This document shows, piece after piece, positions 24,301 through 36,328 of a DNA stretch of 64,000 bases. Location: the NCBI GenBank assembly GCA_017499595.2, contig CM038999.1:1116001-1180000 (forward strand). The letters run 5' to 3'. This DNA comes from Psilocybe cubensis. Its lineage: Eukaryota. The first letter of the stretch is position 1. Each line of letters opens with the position of its first letter. The notes under the pieces are model-generated. The model made no database searches. It had not been told where the DNA came from and saw only the letters and a list, made by a program, of their open reading frames with translations. The position numbers and the translations under genes are program-made.

Positions 24301-24940
24301 CGTGAACAACGTTGCTCCTGCTCCCGCTGCGCCACCGATGACCCGGTCGCGGAGTGCGAGCCAACCAAGCGCGTACAACCCGCCACCGAAATCGATGCCG
24401 CCGCCGCCACTCCCCGCTGGCGCTGCGAAGCCAATGTCGCATTGGAGCCAGAGTCAGGAACACCAGCGGCCGCTGAACGGGTTGCCGACAAATGTAAATG
24501 TACCCAAGGGCAAGCGCGGGAGCGGGTCGAGCCATTCTACGGGCGAAAGCTCCGATTATTCGCCGAACAGCTCGTCCCCGATCACACCGTTTGGATCGAG
24601 CGAGTCGTCGTTGACGGGCGATGGGGGCATGCCACGGTCGCACGGGTTTGATCACCAGTCGCAGGCCTATGATCAGTCGCCGCCTGTGAAGGTTAAGGTG
24701 CATTTCCATGAAGATATATTCGTGATTCAGGTGCCGAGGGTGACAGAGTATGAAGAGCTGGTAGAAAAAGTCGGGCGCAAGATCCGCTTGTGCGGGCCCC
24801 GTCGTGAAGATGGTCCATTGCGGGTGAAGTACAGGGATGAAGATGGGGACATGGTTTCTCTGGGCTCGACGGAAGATGTCCAAATGGCGTTCGAACAGTA
24901 TCGACCAGGAGGACAGGTCGTTACGCTCTTTGTCACATGA
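21376..24940 (+). CDS. CDC24: Cdc42 guanine nucleotide exchange factor Cdc24/Scd1 (CH, DH, PH and PB1 domains)
   Basis: CH: DPVTQLWDLFSTGTPLCYIF, LFTVTDLW. DH: IIREMVETERKYVQDLE, LIKPIQRICKYPLLL. PH: FGELLLDD, YHVFLFERIILCCKE. PB1: VKVKVHF...VKYRDEDGDMVSLGSTEDVQMAF. Confidence 0.96.
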
Positions 24941-26216
24941 ACATATCTTCTTCTGTCGCTCGCCCTATATCTTTCCATCTTCACATTCTTCCCGTGCCCT
25001 CATCTACGGACTTTTTTTTGTTGCTTGCTGCTTCTTCTTTACTCTTGATCTTCGCAATCTTTTTGGTCATCTCTTTATCCTATCGCATTTCGTCATCTTC
25101 ATGGTTACCTGGTCTTTCTATCACATATTTTGCATCTTTTCTTTTTCATCAAGTCTTCCCGTTCCGCAACTCTCAAAACATTTTTTATCTAATCCCCTCC
25201 AAACAACTCCCTTAACTATCCTACCATCTCAAACACACAAAAGTCGGTCACACACAACAATTAAATACGCCTCCATGCCGTGCTACTTGCCTGCCTGCCC
25301 AACACACACCTCTTCCTGAACACCGGCCCCCTCTTCAACATATCCATTCGCTCAGCATCCTTCACACCCACACCCACCACCATCCAACATATCTTCGACC
25401 GCGGATCTTGCCCTTGCCCTTCTTTTTCTCTTCGTTTCTTTCTGTGTCCATTTCTTCTCTTTCCTCTTTCTCTTCTGTTCCTTATGTATAACCGGCCTTG
25501 CCTTTATTCTCCCCTTCCTTTTTTCTCTTTTTATTTTCTTATTCGATTTTGCCAGACGTTCTATCCACAATAGTCTGTAGTCGCTCTCTATATTTTTTGG
25601 AGTATAGGCTTAATCGCACACCTACCACACCATCACCAAACCACCACACACAAATACGCACACACACCCATCTGCGTCATCAACCATCGTCACGACATAT
25701 ATTCTTCACCCCTCCGTTCCTTTACTCTCGTCTCGTTTACTTATCTAACTGTTATATTTTTTGTTTCTTCTTCCTTGGATTCATCGGCCCTGGCAAGGCC
25801 CCCTTGTATGTTTCATGGAGGATAGCCTTAGGATTCCCTATGTATAATGAAATAGAAGAGCGCGGAAGCTCATGAATTATGCTAATTTGGCAGCGCTTTG
25901 CGTCTCGGAACATCAGTCTGTCAAGTCTTGCACAATGCACACGAACATAGGTTTGTTTCCTTTTGGTTTTTGTTCTTTTGTTCGAAAGCGCGCACGCGTA
26001 CGCTCGGTTCGTCAGTGTGCCTCATTCATTGTGTTTTGTCTTTTTTTTTTTCTTTTCTCATTCGTCTAGCTTCTTCGGCTCATGCCTCCATAATGAAGAT
26101 TGACAATTACACGCTGGCCAGTAAGGCACAAAGAAGACTATTTTCCGTCATTAGTATGGAGGACGTGAGAACAGGCACAAACCCTTCCCCGAAGATGATC
26201 TCAGACCCCTTACGGC

Positions 26217-28587
26217 CTACACGCAAGCCGGATCGTCGCATTGACTGAAGTTGATAATGCCCGTAAAATTATTGATAGGTCCTATTCCGGCATAATGAGT
26301 TTTCGTTATGAGACGTCAGTTGGCAGAAAAAGTGATGAATGAATAATATCATCAACACGCGAAAGAAAGGGGGGTATTGTTGAGTGATGTGAGTTAACTA
26401 CTATTGAATTCAACTCTGTCGTGAAACACTAATCACATACCGGGAACGCCTCCTACGATTTGGAGGAATGACCAATCCCAAGGACCTATATTATGATACC
26501 AGAGATTTATTAGCCCATAGGGTACACAAAACATTGATCGTGCGCAAAAGAAGAAATGATTGATGGAAATCCGGATAATCACCTATACATGAGCCTACAC
26601 CGCAATTCACAGCGATTTTCTCTGCGCCATTGACCACGGATAGCGTATTCATCGGTGGAACAAAGTTTACGGCCTGAATGTGTCAATTTCGATGAGTGTT
26701 TCGGTCAGTTAGGAACAAAACTCGTGTTGAACCATAAAGGAAAACCTGTTTAACTGACAGAGGTCAGCACACCATTTCCAGGGACTTTGAGTGTATCAGG
26801 ATAGCTCTTAATTAAAGTAAAAAAGATATCGTCAGTGATTATTGTTCGACACAATGAACATGAGGCGCTGGCGTGCATGCGTTCTGCAAAATAAAGCGGC
26901 TTGCCTGATCAATTATGACCCCGAATTGGCGTATGCCCATCGCGTTATTTCCCTTGGGTCAAGGTGTTCAAAGTGAGCCTGGTTTGAATTCAGATTCGAA
27001 TCAGACCGCACTACCCACCGAGTAGGTGATATTGGTGACTGTACTATTCGTGGCTAAAGCTTTGGTCTTGATACGAAGTGCCTGATCACTGACCGCAGTC
27101 GTCATATCAATAAGGCCTTTGTGTGGAAAGGGAGTAGAAAATTGACGTACTTTTCAATGATGGTGTTGCCTGAAATTAATATACCAGAGACGATAACGTT
27201 CGAGTCGATGGATCCCTAAATGACACATTGAGAATAAAACGAGTAAGAAAATCAATAAGCAACGGACGACTGAAATTCCATGACCATTAATACATGTGTT
27301 ATTTTGAAAGATTATGTTCGATCCTTTATTGATGGCCAAACAATCATCCTAATGGACGATTAGCCCTGAGTCGTCTTTCATCTAGTGATACTCATTTACC
27401 TGATTGTGAATGATACTGATATGGAATTGTGTAGCTTTTAACTTAATTCTGCATGTATATGTCGCACAGTACTGACCTATTTTGAATGGTAAGATCCGTA
27501 GTACTGCAGTCAAAGCCATCTGTGTTGTGACCTTCGGCCTTTGAGCATAAATGGCGATGATAGCTTGTCGGAACTACTGAATACTAACCGGCAGGTAGGC
27601 CATTACTTTGATCATTTGGAACATCTCCTTGTGCTTCAGGATGCTGGTTAGGACATGAGCAATAATCATAGTGACGCAACGCACAGTTGTCAATGACGAG
27701 GTCCGTCATAACTAAAGGGGCTGGATTGGAGACCGAATACACGCGGGAGGGCGAATTGACCACTGTGACGTTCTGAGAAATTCCTAAGACGTCGATATGC
27801 GGTTATAAGTTGAAAGCCATTGAGACCACACACCGCATAAACACCGGATATCTTAATTCTTGTGAAGGCGTAAGGGAAACAATAGCATGAATAGTAACAA
27901 GGAATTTAAAACCAACTTCATCATCGGCGCTGGTTTCACAATACCACCATTTTCGCCTAACCCGTCCTTTTTCCGAGACGATAAGTAGGTAAATAGAATC
28001 GGCAAGTACATTAACGACGTACCCAATAAAATGGACCACCACCATCGAATCTATGACCATTTCCATTGACTTAGGACAGTCATTAGAAGCTCCTTGGAAA
28101 GGAGCGCAACTTTCTCACATGTTATTGATTTCCCGCTGAGGAATTTTTCTTAGCACCTCGACCTACTGTAAGTCAAAATGATCCCCCGCACCTAATGGTG
28201 AAAAGAGGTCCTTCCCAACTGAGATTTCCAAAGAATATATCGCCATCTGTGAGTACACCCTGAATGTAGATATCTTTCAGTTGAATTAAGAATAAACCCA
28301 CTCATAGTGACCGTTGTGCCCGTTTTCAGATTCAATGTCAGACCTTGACCTGCTGGAACTGTAAATGTGTTGAGGACAACAGTAGTGCAGTTGACGGCCG
28401 CAGCAACATCTGCCATAAAATCATCAAAAAAATAGCATATAAGCGCATTTCGACTGTGGAATAATTTGAATGTACCATCAAACGAGTTAATGGTGCCAAT
28501 GCATGGTGGCGTAGCAGCCAACGTCAATGATAGGATTCGACCGAAAGTAAGATAAGAGAAGAGACTCAGACATCCTTGTCGTTTCAT
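26217..28587 (-). CDS. Secreted endopolygalacturonase (GH28), copy A
   Basis: Signal-like N-terminus. Catalytic motifs [24 protein letters not shown] and ALRIKT. Many short introns including one GC-AG. Last exon [21 protein letters not shown] is inferred. Confidence 0.88.
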
Positions 28588-29420
28588 CATTCAGATTGTG
28601 GGCTTCCACGAATTGTCACGGTGAGGTATATAACCAGACCAGTGTGTGTGAAATGCACCCCCTCGGGTGAGCCGTCGTTCCACGATTCCGTTGGGGAGTG
28701 GCCATTAGATTTCACATGTTCTAAGTAGGTACGAAGGAACAGGTGGTCTGTAACCATTTCAGTAGCGAATATATGCGATGTAAAATTGGAACTGCGCACC
28801 ACATAAGTTGATCATGGATCTATCTGTGATAGTGCAGCTCAGATTCAAACCAAGCGCCCCCTGAACAAGAGGTTCAAGCTGCTTGACCTTGTGTAAGTCA
28901 TCCATTTCAACTTAATTTCATGATCCCAGAGGTGATGAAAGGCCCAAGGGACTGCTAAAACCAAAAGCGTAACGATGGTGCCAGCGTGGCGGAGGTTGCG
29001 ACGTGTGCCTAGTGTCTCTTGAAATCGGTTTTAACCAAGGGGGATTAAAATGCGTATATAGAAAGACGAAATCAGAGCCAATACTGCGAAAACATCTTAA
29101 ACAAGGTGCATTCAGAACGAAGATTGGAGCCAACAAAATTAGCCCAACAGCTTGAAAATATTTGTAAGCGAAACCCCTATGAAAACACAGCATGACGTAA
29201 TATCGAGCTGAGCCGTACTAGATTCAGCAATACCTTGCTTCGTTTGCCATGGTTCAATAGGTACAGGAAAATGGAATATCAGCAATCCTGTTTTATATCA
29301 CGCACAGAACATATGTAAAGGCTTTGTCAATTGGTATATACATCACAATCGTAAAGTCAGGGAGGCCTGATGGATCCCGATATGGCTAGGTTGCTGCCAA
29401 ATGGAGACATTTTAGTGCGC

Positions 29421-31473
29421 TTACTCGCTGAAGCCGGAGATTTGAGCATTGGTGATTTTGCCTGAGAGATAGGTATTCATATATATATTAGATCGTAAGA
29501 GAGAATTATACATACCAGAGACTCCTCCTGATACCTTTAAATTTGACCAGTTCCAGGTTCCTGTGCAAGATCCCTTGCCACAATTTACAGCAACCTTTTG
29601 AGCACCACTGTTGACGGAAATAGAAGTTGCTGGAGAGCCAAAGTTGATGTTCTGTATATATCATAAGTCAACTCTATCTATTAATGGCTGTTATAAGTTA
29701 ATGTGAGCCTCACAGAGATGATGACGCCAGTTCCTGGAGTACCGAGAGTGTCTGGGTAGCTCTGAAAATGACCATATTGGATTAATAATTGACCTAAAAG
29801 ACTCAACTGTAACCTACCTGGTCAATAATGACACCAAATTGACGGATTCCTGTAGCGGTATTTCCCTACCCGTACGCAAATTAGATCTGTTTAACACATT
29901 AAATTTAAATATTAGAAGACGTACAGAGTAGGTGACATTTGTGACAGTGCTTCCAGTAGATGCAGACTTTGTCTTGATGCGAAGAGCTTGATCACTGTAA
30001 AGAGCATAGATGAGCGTCTGCAGAACCTTACTTTTGTGAAAGCTCACTTGTTGGTAATGGTATTCCCGGAAATAATGACGCCAGAAACGGTAACATCGGA
30101 GTCAATTGATCCCTTCGGTAGCTTCTGTAAACACTTGATTCTCCAATTGAATTGTATAAACACGTACGATAGAAATACCGTGGCCTCCTGTGCAAGAGTT
30201 TCCTTTAAAGACAATGTTGGTGCCCTTATTGATCGCAAGGCAGTCATCCTTCATAAAAAGCAGTAAGTCAGAAAAACTTTTGAATAACGAGGTGTCCTTC
30301 TCACTTGGTTGTGGATTTGGCTGAAAAGATATATTTATTAGGGGTTCAATATATTGGCCCAATGCTGATCCTTACCTGTTTTGGATGGTAAGGTCGTTAG
30401 AGCTAACATCAAATCCGTCTGTGTTGTGGCCTAGAGAAAGCGCAGCAATCAGTGGCGAGCCAATACCCTACAACACCAAGAGAAATACCTGCTGCTTTCC
30501 CTCCACTCTTCGAGTTAGGGGCATCTCCTTGGGCTGCAAAGAAGTCAGTTGAAGAATCCCACACGATAACGTGCTCTCCTTACAGTTATCGATGTTTAGG
30601 CCAGTCATTGTCAATGCTGCCGGGTTTGAAACTGAGAAAACGCGTCCTGGTGAGTTGACTACCTTAACATTCTAAGAATCAACAGCACACGGGTGAGCTC
30701 GGGAAAAACTTGTACAAAATCAATAGTATGTATATACCTCGAAAGTGCCAGAAATTTTAATTCTAAACATAGTTAATATTCTCATCTTGGCTTCCGTATG
30801 AACTAAAGACGTACTTCATCATCGGATCCGGCTTTTGGGTACCACCGTTGATACCCTGGCCATCCTAAAAAATATACAAGAGGTTCAGATTTGCACACGG
30901 GACTGTGAGATAGGATGCTTACCCAGTAGAATGGGCCTCCTCCGTCGAATTTGTGGCCATTTCCATTGACTAAATTGGAGTTAATATCGTTGGAAAGTGG
31001 CACCAAAGTAGTTCAAAGTTTACATACATACGATGTTAGACCCGCTGGAAGCGCAGTGTCAATACCAAGGTTGCATTTGGCGCGAGGAAAACATCCGACT
31101 ACTGACCTCACTGTGAACAACGGTCCAGCCCAACTTTGGTTGCCGAACAGAATGTCTCCATCTACAAGGAGAATGATTCAATAGGGTTACAGCAAGAACC
31201 GAAGGCGATCACCACTTACTCATGGTGACAGTTGTGCCAGAGGCCAAGCTCAGAGACAACCCTTGACCAGCTGGGACAGTAAACCCGTTGAGGGTAATTG
31301 AAGTGCATTTCACAGCATTCGCGACGTCTGTTAGAGGGAAGATATGTTACGATACCTTCATAGACTTGAATTATATATGACCTGCCTGCCAGTGAATTGA
31401 TAGTTGCAGAGCAAGCTGCACTAGCCAAAGAAGCCGCGCCGGAGAGTACCAATACAGAGAGTACAGAGATCAT
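29421..31473 (-). CDS. Secreted endopolygalacturonase (GH28), copy B
   Basis: Signal peptide MISVLSVLVLSGAASLASA. Motifs [27 protein letters not shown] and ALRIKT. C-terminus GTWNWSNLKVSGG...ISGFSE*. Confidence 0.93.
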
Positions 31474-31511
31474 TTTTTTCCTGCGTCAAGTTTAAATCAT
31501 TGCCTCCCCAC

Positions 31512-31517
31512 TTTATA
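31512..31517 (-). promoter_or_regulatory. Putative TATA box of GH28 copy B
   Basis: TATAAA on the minus strand about 40 bp upstream of the ATG. Confidence 0.45.
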
Positions 31518-32659
31518 TGTTTGAACTGGAGGGCATATTCTCCAGCAGCGGCCCGGGATGCTATCGAAGAGAACTTGTGGTATCCAGACGACAGTATTCA
31601 AAGGCATAACAAGCACCACGAGGAGTCGGACAGAATTGTGACCAAATAAATCCACAAGCTCGCTGTTGATGCATTTGCTGTGCAATAGATTTCCTTTCAC
31701 AAACCACGTCACCGTCCCAGCTTCTGAGACTGGAGTTGCTCTAGCCGAAATCCAGTATAACCGTCAACTTTTCGTAGAATTGCACAAAAGAAGAACAGCA
31801 CCTGACGCCCAATGACCATTGCAAAAACTCCGTTGGTGCCTCATTCGCAGTAAATATACACTTCTTATATTGCGGCTTCGACAGCTCCTTGGAATAGCAA
31901 TCACGAGGCAAGTTAACTTGGTATCATACAGGGGAACACTGATGCCCTAAATAATGCCCCACCTAGTGCGAAATAGCAATTGACCTATTTATTATTAGTT
32001 GGCGTAGGCCCGAAAATACATCGGATACTTGATGTGTTAGGGTATCCTTACCTGAAAGTCCGAGAGCGCGCATACATCATTTGAAAGAATTACCATCGCA
32101 GCCGGCATAACGCAATGTTAATGCGGCATATCTTCGGTAGCGCGAGCAATGATTCCTCAAGTTTAAGCAGAGAATAAGCGCATCCAAAAAAGCGAATTTT
32201 CAACAGTACCAAAGTGGCAACCTCCGGCTTTGAAAAAAATTGTAGTAGAGCGGAAAGATACTATAGGTCCATGTCATGATCGAGCAGTATATGTGGATGG
32301 AGGCATGCGTACAAAGAAGATTATAGATTTATGGCAAGGCGTGGGCAGTGTCGAGTCGCAAATAGCTGTCTAACGAGACAAAGTGACGCAGATCCGGCTT
32401 GAGAAGAACCAATTACGAGCCTTTCTTTGACGTCTGATGCGGGGCCCGAGAGAAATTCCACGGTAAATAGAGAAAGGAATAATGCTCCTGCCCTAAGTCA
32501 TCTGAGATCATTACAAAGAGGACATTAGACCTACATTCCATGCGCCATCTATGTTGCGACAATTAGTATGGTCCCAGACGCAACTCAATAATCTTCATGA
32601 GATACAGAATCTAAGCCATTGCTTTATGTTGAAACGAAGACTTCTGACAGCGATGAACA

Positions 32660-32960
32660 TATTTTAATCCCAGCTCGGAGGTCCGCAAATATAATAAGTC
32701 TTGAGTTTGGTTGGAAAAAGCTTCCTAGAGAGAGAGATATTTGATGTTTTCCAATTCCAAACCAATACGATTGGGCCGCGTTGCTGTGGTTGGTAACATT
32801 GTACGCCCACGTCTAGATTTTCGCAATATGCGAACATCTCGACGTATCTGTAACAAGACTGCCATTCGGATTGAGGGGGTACCGTCAAAAGACACAAAGT
32901 CGCGTTCCTGCTGGCATGGCATGAGATCGTCAGCGACTTGTATTTAGAACTGAATGGAGT
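32660..32960 (-). pseudogene. Possible relic of an agaricomycete F-box-associated protein
   Basis: Fragment HASRNATLCLL...GPIVLVWNWKTS resembles the IWNWKTG motif region of such proteins. No intact ORF around it. Confidence 0.2.
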
Positions 32961-33903
32961 TGATGTTGGGTAACTTTCATTGACCTCCGATGACAGCCCA
33001 TGGCCACTTGCGATGGTAGTCGGATTTTCCCTGGCTCCATATCAGCGGTGCAATAATCGGGTGAATCACAGGCAACATTGGCTCGCCCGCGAGCAGATGT
33101 AATGTACGCGGTTGCAGTTTTCTGAACTCAGCCTGAAAAATTTGGAAAGATTCTTGTCTCTTTTTGCTCTGGGAACTAACGTCGATACGTTACAATGATT
33201 CATCCCTTGAGCCAAAACGGACTCTAGTAACAATGATGATGACCCGAACGGGGTGTGAGCCTCAAAAACAAGTCATAATGAAAGACGTAGCTATGGCTGT
33301 GCCCGTTTATCACAGAACCAGCTATCTCATAGAGGTCCCGACGGTATAATTACTGTCGCCCTTCATTACGGCCCGGAAAAAGACATGGACACGATTATCT
33401 GGCAGGAGAGCCAGAGGGCGGAAACATCTGACCGCCCGGACCGCAAATCATCTAGTTCTTGAGATGTGAATTCGCACTGGAAAAATGAGATTGCCATGAG
33501 TGCATCCTATAGGTGCAGACACTTCGCCATTCTGCCTTCCAAATTTTGCGTTTGATCCGCATAGAAAACGGAGAATTAACGCTCGGGGGCCATAAAGCAT
33601 GCGTGAACATTCCCGAATCTTCCAGGGTGTAATCGAGGCGTATAAGTTTCAATGGCCATACAACGGGTTTTTGATTGGTGATGGTAAGAGAGTAATGGAC
33701 CTGTTCATGACCAAGCAATGGCCGCAAACAAACTCGGTGACTTATGTAATCAATCATCGACACCGCCGCTATGAGCACCCGTGGCGCGGTTGCGTTGTAA
33801 TTACCAGTCTTTTTGCTCCTGACTCATCCTTTGTCCATCGTATAAGACGACGTTCAGTCGCTTGTAATGCCACCAGCTCGATAACACCTTCTTTTGTCAT
33901 ACA

Positions 33904-34574
33904 ATGCCAGTCGCCAACGTCCCCACCTTATTTGTTGCCGGCCTGGGTAACCTTCCATTTCCAATGACCCGTCATAGGTACGAAATTTGCAGTATGATTC
34001 ACACTGGCTAAAACTCACTGAAATAAACTGATAGCGTCGGGCAACTTGTAATAGATGCTTTGGCAACCAGATTGGGCATTCGTTTAACATCGGACCGTGG
34101 AGGTTACTCTGGTCAAGGCAATGTGCTCATTGGCGAGACGAGAGTCAACCTTGCTCTCTACAAATCAAGTCAGTGAATACTCAACTCATTTATATCCCAA
34201 CAAGGCTCTTATTCTATTAACCAGAGTCCCTGATGAATATTTCCGGTCCTTCCATCGTCAAAGCCTACAGGCAAACAGTAAACTCTCCAACTTCAATGAT
34301 TGTACTCGCCGACTCTTTATCACACCGTGTTGAAGCCGTATCTATGAAACTTGGAGGCTCTGCCAATGGGCACAACGGTGTCAAAAGCATAATTTCCGCA
34401 CTTGGTGGGGAAATGGGTTTTTATCGTTTACGCCTTGGTATAGGACGCGACGAGTCCGACGCGGCTGAGTACGTTATGCGCCAACTTTCGTCGTACGAAC
34501 GACGATACTGGGTGAATGAGGGCCTTGACCTTGTTCTCCATGAAATAGAAAAGGTAGCGCTGAAAATACGATAA
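33904..34574 (+). CDS. PTH1: Peptidyl-tRNA hydrolase (Pth1 type), 2 introns
   Basis: Motifs LFVAGLGN...TRHSVG, LMNISGP, IVLADSL, GGSANGHNGVKSI, RLRLGIGR and AEYVM. Confidence 0.92.
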
Positions 34575-36328
34575 AGTTGTCGACCAACAATGAGGCCGTG
34601 CCACGGTAGTAGCGCTCAAACACGAGTGCCGGAAGCTCAACTGAGGTTTGGCTTAGATGGTACATGCGCCACATTGGTGCCATTAAGAGGCCACGCACAT
34701 TTATTAACTGGTGTCGAGTTCCACTTGCTACAGTGTGCGACATGGCAGTGAACAGGGTGGGTTACTCGGGCAACTGCATCAATCGATCATTGCAAGGCCG
34801 GAACACATATCTCACCGAGATACTACTTGACGAGTCTCTCACAGCATTTACATTGCGGTGAAAATCAATACAACTCCCTTGGGATTGGCACAGAAGAAGC
34901 GATCACTGTACAAGATTTCAATATCCTCCACTGTTCTAACAATGCCGGAGAGAATTCAAGTACAATCCTCTACAAAATAGTGGAAATGTTACATGTTGCC
35001 TCCGAGGTGGTTGCCAGGCATCGAAAATCCCAAGTGTACAGCGGCTGAACCTTCTTTTCACTGATGTATATGATTCATTTCTTCGTCAGATTTTTATACG
35101 GTATACCTTACACATGTCAGCTGTTATCAAGGTTATTTGCAACCTCATAATACTTCAATGAAAAGTACGCTGCAAGCTTTCCAGGCCAGATTCTTCGTCA
35201 ATTGTGATATCAATAAATTGTCGAAACACCGGGCACTGCCAAATGCTGCTTTTGAAATACTATTTGGCTCCGAATTGGATGCTTTGAAACCGCTCTTCGT
35301 CGAGAAGTCGGTAGCCGGCTTAGGCAACTGCTCGCTGAGGGACTTCGGAGAGCTTCACGGTCATTGGCATAATGGATGCTCCGTCGTAGAGATCAATTTA
35401 GCATACGGGTGCTTGACGTGAACACATATAGATCACCGGTCGTTCTTTCAGTCAATGTCTTGTAGTCGAGGGCTAACGGGGGTCAAGGAGTTGTATCTGT
35501 GCCGCACATAATCCAGATATCTGAAGTTAAACTACTAGTAAGCTGCCTCTGCTCACCCGGCGTTCCATACAAAAAGCATGATTAAGTCCGTTCCTGACTC
35601 AAAGCCGGTAAAAAATTTCGTCGGGCTTTAATAATCTCAAAAAAATTGTTTTTCTCGAGATTAATTGAGCTACCTCAAAATAATGTGACTGGGCGCCCAC
35701 AATCAACACAGGGGCTTTGGGCGCGACGCGCATTGCATATCTCGTGACGTGATGTGATGATCATGTTTTGGAACGACTCGGAAGCTTTCTGTCAAAAGTC
35801 CCAGTCCCATTTTAACAGCAACTTTAACAGAGTGGCACTGTCGACAATATCTCTCCACTTGAATCCTTATGGCTTCTGTCCGCACCGTCTTCCGTGTATT
35901 CTTTTGCTTGCCTCGAGAGAACATTAAGCTTTTTAATGTTCTCAGCCACCCTGAATACTGGTTCACACTGTCATCACAGGGCATCACTGTTGCTACTGCC
36001 CACGCACTTTCACGATCAGGGCTCAATTCCGGCTTGCATGTCGTCTATTTCGAGGAGAATATTCACGGACGGCATCAACTACCGCTTCTTCCTACCCAGA
36101 TTATTTATCCTGTGTGAAGTTCGTCTCGAGGGTAGCCCAACAATGACGGTAGTAATCCTATTGAATTGCTGACACTGTCATAACCCACAGACCAAATACA
36201 GCCGCGATTTGCCCATTCTCCCCTTTGTGTTTACTAGCAGAGCAGGCTCTTCTTTCTTCTTTCTTTTTGCACCTTTTGGTGTACGTTCGTTATTCAACGT
36301 GGCTCTTCTGACATCCTGCTAGATCGGG

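Noticed and set aside
24167-24883. 238-aa antisense ORF within CDC24
   Set aside because: Shadow ORF of a GC-rich coding exon.
24837-26248. Several hydrophobic ORFs after CDC24
   Set aside because: CT-rich 3'UTR sequence; the overlapping ORFs in multiple frames have only compositional bias.
34700-35420. Possible minus-strand gene remnant after PTH1
   Set aside because: Only short, stop-interrupted frames with no recognisable motif.
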